DNA of 64,000 nucleotides, from positions 248,001-312,000 of the forward strand of contig OZ025701.1 in the NCBI GenBank assembly GCA_964019335.1. Direction: 5' to 3'. Below, one piece after another: positions 58,839 to 64,000 of the stretch; the stretch's first letter is position 1; every line of letters begins with the position of its first letter. This stretch comes from Diplonema japonicum (Eukaryota > Protista > Euglenozoa: Diplonemea). A program made the translations under genes and the position numbers. A model generated the notes under the pieces. That model ran no database searches and had not been told where the DNA came from. It saw only the letters and a program-made list of their open reading frames with translations.

Positions 58839-59939
58839 TTAAGCCTCAACAGGCGCACCAGCTGTGGTTTAAAAAAAAAATTTTTTTTTTTCCTTCCCTA
58901 TCGTCACCATACATTCATATTCAGTCATTTCGGTTTCTCTGCATTTCTTCTGGTGCCAATAGGTTACTGTTGTGTAGTCAAGGCGGTATAACATGACGTG
59001 AAATCCATAAAGATACCCTGAAAATGGAAGTTAAAAAAAAAAAAAAAAAAAAAAAAACTATCCCCATACCAAGTTGCAAAATTGCGACGAAGGAGAGCAA
59101 GGTAGAGATGAAGCTAAAGGCACGGAACCAGTGGATTGCCCCGCTGGCAGATGTATCGTAGACCGCAATCATACGTGTTTGGTAGAAGTCAGGGTCTTCA
59201 AAGCTGTCTGAAAATTCGTACATCCCAGAGGAGAACTGAACTACTGAGATCCAAAAGCAAGACAGCGAAAAGAGTTTGAAGAACTTGTAATTAGCCGACC
59301 CAATCGACGCGTTCAGCCATTTGCAAAAGTGATCCATTCCCTCAACACATTTGTTTGATGAATGGCAGTGGTACGACTCCCTGTTCACAATAACATGGCA
59401 CATGGGGCACCACCGCTTCTCCCCAGTCCGCACGCCCTCTATCTGATCTTTGAATTTAAAATTTTCGTAGATTTCGCCTTTCCACAAGTCTCTGTATTTA
59501 ATAGTGATGTACTCTAAATATTCTTCTTTGCTCCACCGTTTTGTACCAAACACAGCCGGGTCTGCAGACTGAGTCAAACAACACGCAACATTTCCCACAA
59601 GTACCAACACTGCAAGGAACGTGACCCCCGTGTTCAGGATTAGATCGCCAGGACTCCGCATCATTGGGACTTTTTTTAAAAAAAAAAAAGTTTTTTTTTT
59701 AAAAAAAAATTTTTTTGTGTCATACTGATGAGCGCGTACAGGTTAGTGATCTGAATCAGAATCATCACCCAGCTGAGCTGCTGCATCCAGTGCAGCTGTC
59801 CCACAAGCCCGTTCACCTTTATGCCTGCCTTGTGCAGGTCCTCGGCATCCTCGTCGAATGTGTCATCGTTATCATACAGCAAGGCGCTGTTGTAGTTCAC
59901 AAAGTCATCCGCTGTTTCCACCCCACCGGGCCATGCCAT
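58839..59939 (-). CDS. DHHC-family palmitoyltransferase (DHFC variant); 3 introns
   Basis: WCPMC..HC..NKCVEGMDHFCKWLNASIGSANYKFF; introns 59670-59725, 59018-59069, 58862-58912. Confidence 0.87.
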
Positions 59940-60110
59940 GCGGCTGTTGCCCCCCCCTCTCTCTCTCCTTGATACGGTCTTTGTAAAGCCAATTTGAAAA
60001 AGAGGGCAAAATAAAATAAATAAATAAAATAAAACACTGGAGAAAAAAAAAAAAAAAAAAAAAGGAAAAGAGGAAAAAAAAAAAAAAAAAAAAGCCCCCC
60101 CGCTCTCCGA

Positions 60111-60214
60111 TCAGATTTCTCTTCCAAAAACCTGGTCCGGACCGCCTCTTTGTATGAACCTCGCACGGGGGAGCGAGCCGACTGGGCCCTGCCATCTCGC
60201 AAGCTCTCGTTGTT

Positions 60215-60245
<31 letters not shown>

Positions 60246-60715
60246 GAAAGTTTTATTCCCGAAGTATACCTCGGTACCAAGCAACTCCTTTCGGATCCCT
60301 TGAGGGCTGTCAAGCTGTGCCACGATCTTCTCCCGTTCGCGTTCTCTTTCAAGGTCCCGGCGGCCAGACTCAGTTGGCTGTCCGGGTGCACCGTCATAGT
60401 AAGTGTAACGCTCCTCGCTGCTGATCTGTTCAGGAGTGGGCCTGGTGCGCAGCCAGTAGTCATAAAGTTCATTCTTTGTCCCCCAGTTGAATCTGCTGAG
60501 GTGCCTGTGCCCGGCTGTGCTGAAGGGGGCGGGCATCAGCCCAGCCATAGAGAGAAGTGTTTGAACCTCGTTGGTGGTGGTGGCACCTTTGACGAGCCAC
60601 CACTTGATGCGGTCGAAGTCGAGGAGGGATTTTCTGTAGGTCATGCGGTCATATGCTTGTGGCGTCTCAGGTGAGTGCAGGTCCCGCCGTGCATATGGGT
60701 CGAAATAACCAAGCT

Positions 60716-60746
<31 letters not shown>

Positions 60747-61029
60747 CTTTTTTTTTTTTTTATCTCCCTTGCATACAATTTCATACGGAGCCCCCGTCCC
60801 TGTATCCAGCTCTGTTCGCATTGCGACTAATCGGTACTCGTGGAAGCCTTGCCTTCCGAACGGCTGAAGTCTTAATTGAGTCGGGCCAGGGCTGTTATAT
60901 AAAAAAAATGATTTTTCTTTTTTTTTTTTTTAAAAGAGATGTTTACCTCATGAACAATGTGTCATTTCTCAACCTGTCTTTTGATTTTCGTGACATCAAC
61001 CGCTGCCACTGCGCGAATGTTTTGCCCAT
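60111..61029 (-). CDS. MRPS16: Mitochondrial ribosomal protein S16 (bS16m); 3 introns
   Basis: LRLQPFGRQGFHEYRLVA..YEI/LGYFDP..LDFDRIKWWLVKGA..VQTLL..AGL; introns 60892-60946, 60714-60776, 60216-60269. Confidence 0.87.
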
Positions 61030-61669
61030 TTTCTTTTTTCCCCCCTCCCTCTTTTCGAATTCTTTTTTTAGTTGGCGTTGAAATGCGAGGGAGAAGCAGA
61101 GGCATACAAAGAGGGGAAGGTGAAGGTGTTTTTGGGATTGGGAGGAGGGGGGGGGGGGGGGGGGGTCACAAGGGAGAGAAACAAAAAAAATGGGACGGGG
61201 TAAAAAAAAAAAAAAACTCTTTTTCAAAGGAAGCATGCAGGGAGGGGGAAAAAAAAAAGGATTTTTTTTTCGGAGGAGAAAATAAATAAATAAAAAGTAG
61301 GACCAGGGATAACAAAAAAAAAAAAAAAAAAAAAAGAAGAACACCGTGCCGGGAGAAACTTCATGGAGAAGAAGTGTTGCGCTATGACCACGCCTCACTT
61401 TTTCTCTCCCCTTTCTCCTTTTTTCTTTTTTTTTTTTCTTCTTCTTCGTTCCTCGCTGCAGCTTAAGGGGCTCTATTTTAGCACCCACCTACGCACGCTG
61501 TTTCTTTCACTCTCCTAACAAAAGGAAATAACAAACAAAAAAAAAAAGGAGAAGGGGGAACAAAAAAAAAAACTATTCTCATGGGGAAAAGGGATACCAA
61601 TAAATAAGGGGGGGCATAAAAAAATCAACACTTTAAAAAAAAAAACATCTTTTTTTTTTTCCCTCAGCT

Positions 61670-63636
61670 CTAAATGGTCTTAAGGCAGGTCACGGTGTAC
61701 AAAGCGTCAGAGGGACGTTCAGAGGGCATCAAGAAACCCTCAGGGAGGCGAAGTGTGGGTAATTGCCCGTTAAGGCTGATCAGCCTAGAGAGAAGGCAGA
61801 TCATTAATGTGAGCACCGACCCGAGGAGTTCGTCACAGGCTACAGCCATACTATTGGCGTGTTCGTCAAGAATTGAAAGCAAGGATCTTGCCTCCTCCCA
61901 AGAAACTCGGGCGGGTTCTGCTGCCTTTTCAAAAAGCTTTGCCAGAGGCGCTTCCGTTTTGAGGAGATATTTAGCAACAGGCCAAACATCTTCCAACTCA
62001 AGCCATTGGTCGCCAAGAATTATGCATAACATTTGCAGCACCCTAAGCACGCCGCCTGTCGGCTTCCCCCCTCGTGCCACATCAGAAAGCTCTTCGATAT
62101 CCAAATCGTTCAAAAGGTTCATCGCAACGCCAAGGTTGTCTGTGGATGCGACAGTCCGCTTGCTGTTCCGTTTGCTCTGTTCTTCCAGCAGTCTTGGCTT
62201 CGCCAGGGCTTCAAGCCCCTTGCAGCACACAGCCACCTTTGGCATCTCGTCATCAGGGAGGAGCGCGACGATGCTGTCCCACGCCTTCCTCGGAAGCACG
62301 TCCAACATGTTGCTGAATATGCCCGCCCCGAGCAGTTCCTTCGGCGCTTCTTCAGCCGTGTTGTTCAGCGATGCCTCCTGCAGCAGCCTCACCATCTCCC
62401 TCTTCTCTGTGATGTCCTCTTCCATGATCGACGACCGCTCCAGAGACCTGTGAAGGGTGTTGTTTCTTCGTAGCGGCATACTCGCATGCGATGTCAAGGG
62501 GCGACCGGCCGTCGGGGGGGGGCAGCCTTGAGTGTACGTCGGCGCCCTTTGAAAGCAGCTCCTGTTGTGGTGATGAAAAAGGGGGGGGGGGGGGGGGGAG
62601 AAAGGCACACCTGGAGCATTTCAACAGTCCCTTGTCCGGCGGCCCAGTGTAGGGGTTGCCAGCCGACGAATTCATCTGCGTTCTCGTAGACGGTGCTTGT
62701 CCCAGCGTTGCTGAGCACAGCGGACAGTTCCGTGTGCGGCACGGGGCTGTTCCCGTTGGTCAGGGCGCCCACCACGCTGTTACCCTCCATGACCTCCCCG
62801 TCTTGCCCGATGTCTTCGTACATCTCGCGGAGCTCCCTGTCGAAGGTGGTGCGCTCATGCAGAGCTTGGAGTAGCTTCTCGGTGTCGGGGACAGGGGGCT
62901 TCTCCTTCTGCTGCCCCGGGCGGGGTGAGGGGCTGCGGCGACGCGGGCATTTACTGTACAAACTCCTGTCGCCTTTCGGCGTCTTCAGCGATTTTTTTTC
63001 TCTTTTCTGAGGCGCGCACGCGGAGGTCAGGAAGCTCCCTATCCCAGGGATGAGGCTTTTAGAACCACCCGACTTGAAGACAGGGCGGCCTGGAGAGGTT
63101 GTGTAGATGCGGCTGGTGGCGTTGGAAGTGGTAGGGGATTTGGAGCGCTTTGTGGTGGGGGTGGGGCGGGCGTAGGTACCGCTTTTTTCGCTGCGGGGAG
63201 CGGAGAAGACGCCGGACATGCCTGAGGCGGTGTTGGGGCCCTCCCATCGGGACGGGCCGGCCTTCCATGGGGACTTGCTGGCACTTGCGAGGGATGTTCT
63301 ACGTCCTGCCCTTGGCGTGCTGGGCAGGGACGATGTCCTCAGTCTGCTGCCCCTCTTGCCTGTTGGTGGTGTGTAACCCCTTGTAGCCTGAATGTACGCA
63401 GCGGGAAGCTGAGGATCCTCGTACCCCCTATCACACCCATCGTCTGACTCCTCGATTTTCTTGCTTGGCACGTTACCGCCCCACTTCACGTTAGGGCACA
63501 TTCTCCGCAGCTCCCAGAGGTCCTTCGGCGGTTCATGTGTCTGCGACAGTTGTCTTTCCCCTTGTCTCATTCCCGGGCTCCTTCCAGGACTCCTTCCCCT
63601 CATCGTGCTCTTCGAAGACGGAGTGGCTACCCCCAT
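61670..63636 (-). CDS. Ankyrin-repeat protein with F-box-like and dynein-stalk-like segments; 2 introns
   Basis: GWQPLHWAAGQGTVEMLQ/ELLSKGADVH..GRSPLDIAC. Introns 62562-62610 and 62448-62481 join the track ORFs into one frame. Confidence 0.8.
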
Positions 63637-64000
63637 GCAAAATGTAATATCACTTTTTTTTCTTCTTCTTCTTTGTTTTGCTTAAGGTCCAACCCCCCTT
63701 CTTTTTTTTTTTTGTGTGTTGTTTTTGTTAGGGTTTAACAGAGAAAAAAAAGGGGGGAGGGGAAACAGGTGACAATGGAGATGGGGAGAAGGGGGAAGAG
63801 AACTAAATAGTGTGAATAAATAATCAAGCTTTTTTTTTTTAAAAAAGAAGTTTACAACAAACAATTATAATCTAGGAGGGAATATAAACGAATAAAAAAA
63901 GGGGGGGGGGGATAAGAGAAATATAAAATCTTTTATAAAAAAACTGGGAGTTCTATTGTTTTCTTTTTCCAAGCAGCGGGGGAGGAGTGAAAGAGGCGTA

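Noticed and set aside
1736-62453. Long plus-strand ORFs (e.g. 8280-9188, 46251-47051, 61674-62453)
   Set aside because: Antisense shadows of well-supported minus-strand genes.
62352-62500. Apparent frameshift or programmed frameshifting in the ankyrin gene
   Set aside because: Explained by the canonical 34-nt intron 62448-62481.
1-64000. Numerous poly-K/poly-F ORFs in the track
   Set aside because: They are translations of intergenic or intronic homopolymers with no domain content.
1-64000. tRNA or rRNA genes
   Set aside because: No cloverleaf or rRNA signature recognised by eye; a covariance-model scan would be needed to exclude them.

Overview
Eukaryotic nuclear DNA, most consistent with a euglenozoan protist (diplonemid-like; an inference from gene organisation, not a database hit). 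About 31 protein genes lie on the minus strand with no supported plus-strand gene, separated by homopolymer-rich spacers. I reconstructed 24 GT-AG introns by hand: 23 are 26-66 nt and one is enlarged to about 1.06 kb by a transposon. Most have a poly(A) tract instead of a polypyrimidine tract before the 3' AG. Recognisable genes: divergent MAPK-like kinase, PPR protein, double-PX protein, four tandem GNAT-like paralogs, PDZ protein, Baeyer-Villiger monooxygenase, SmB, OCA/Siw14-type pseudophosphatase, separase, choline-transporter-like protein, gluzincin peptidase, three 3CxxC zinc-finger genes (one frameshifted), a 1115-aa secreted His-rich protein, MAPEG, stomatin-like protein 2, CobA, DHHC palmitoyltransferase, mitoribosomal S16 and an ankyrin/F-box-like/dynein-stalk-like protein. 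Mobile DNA includes a hAT-like MITE, a 1-kb TIR element inside an intron, a deleted piggyBac, 5'-truncated retroposon-like remnants sitting in A-tracts, and several short dispersed repeats. One of these is a 40-nt hairpin whose loop is the exact complement of the dominant 5' splice site.
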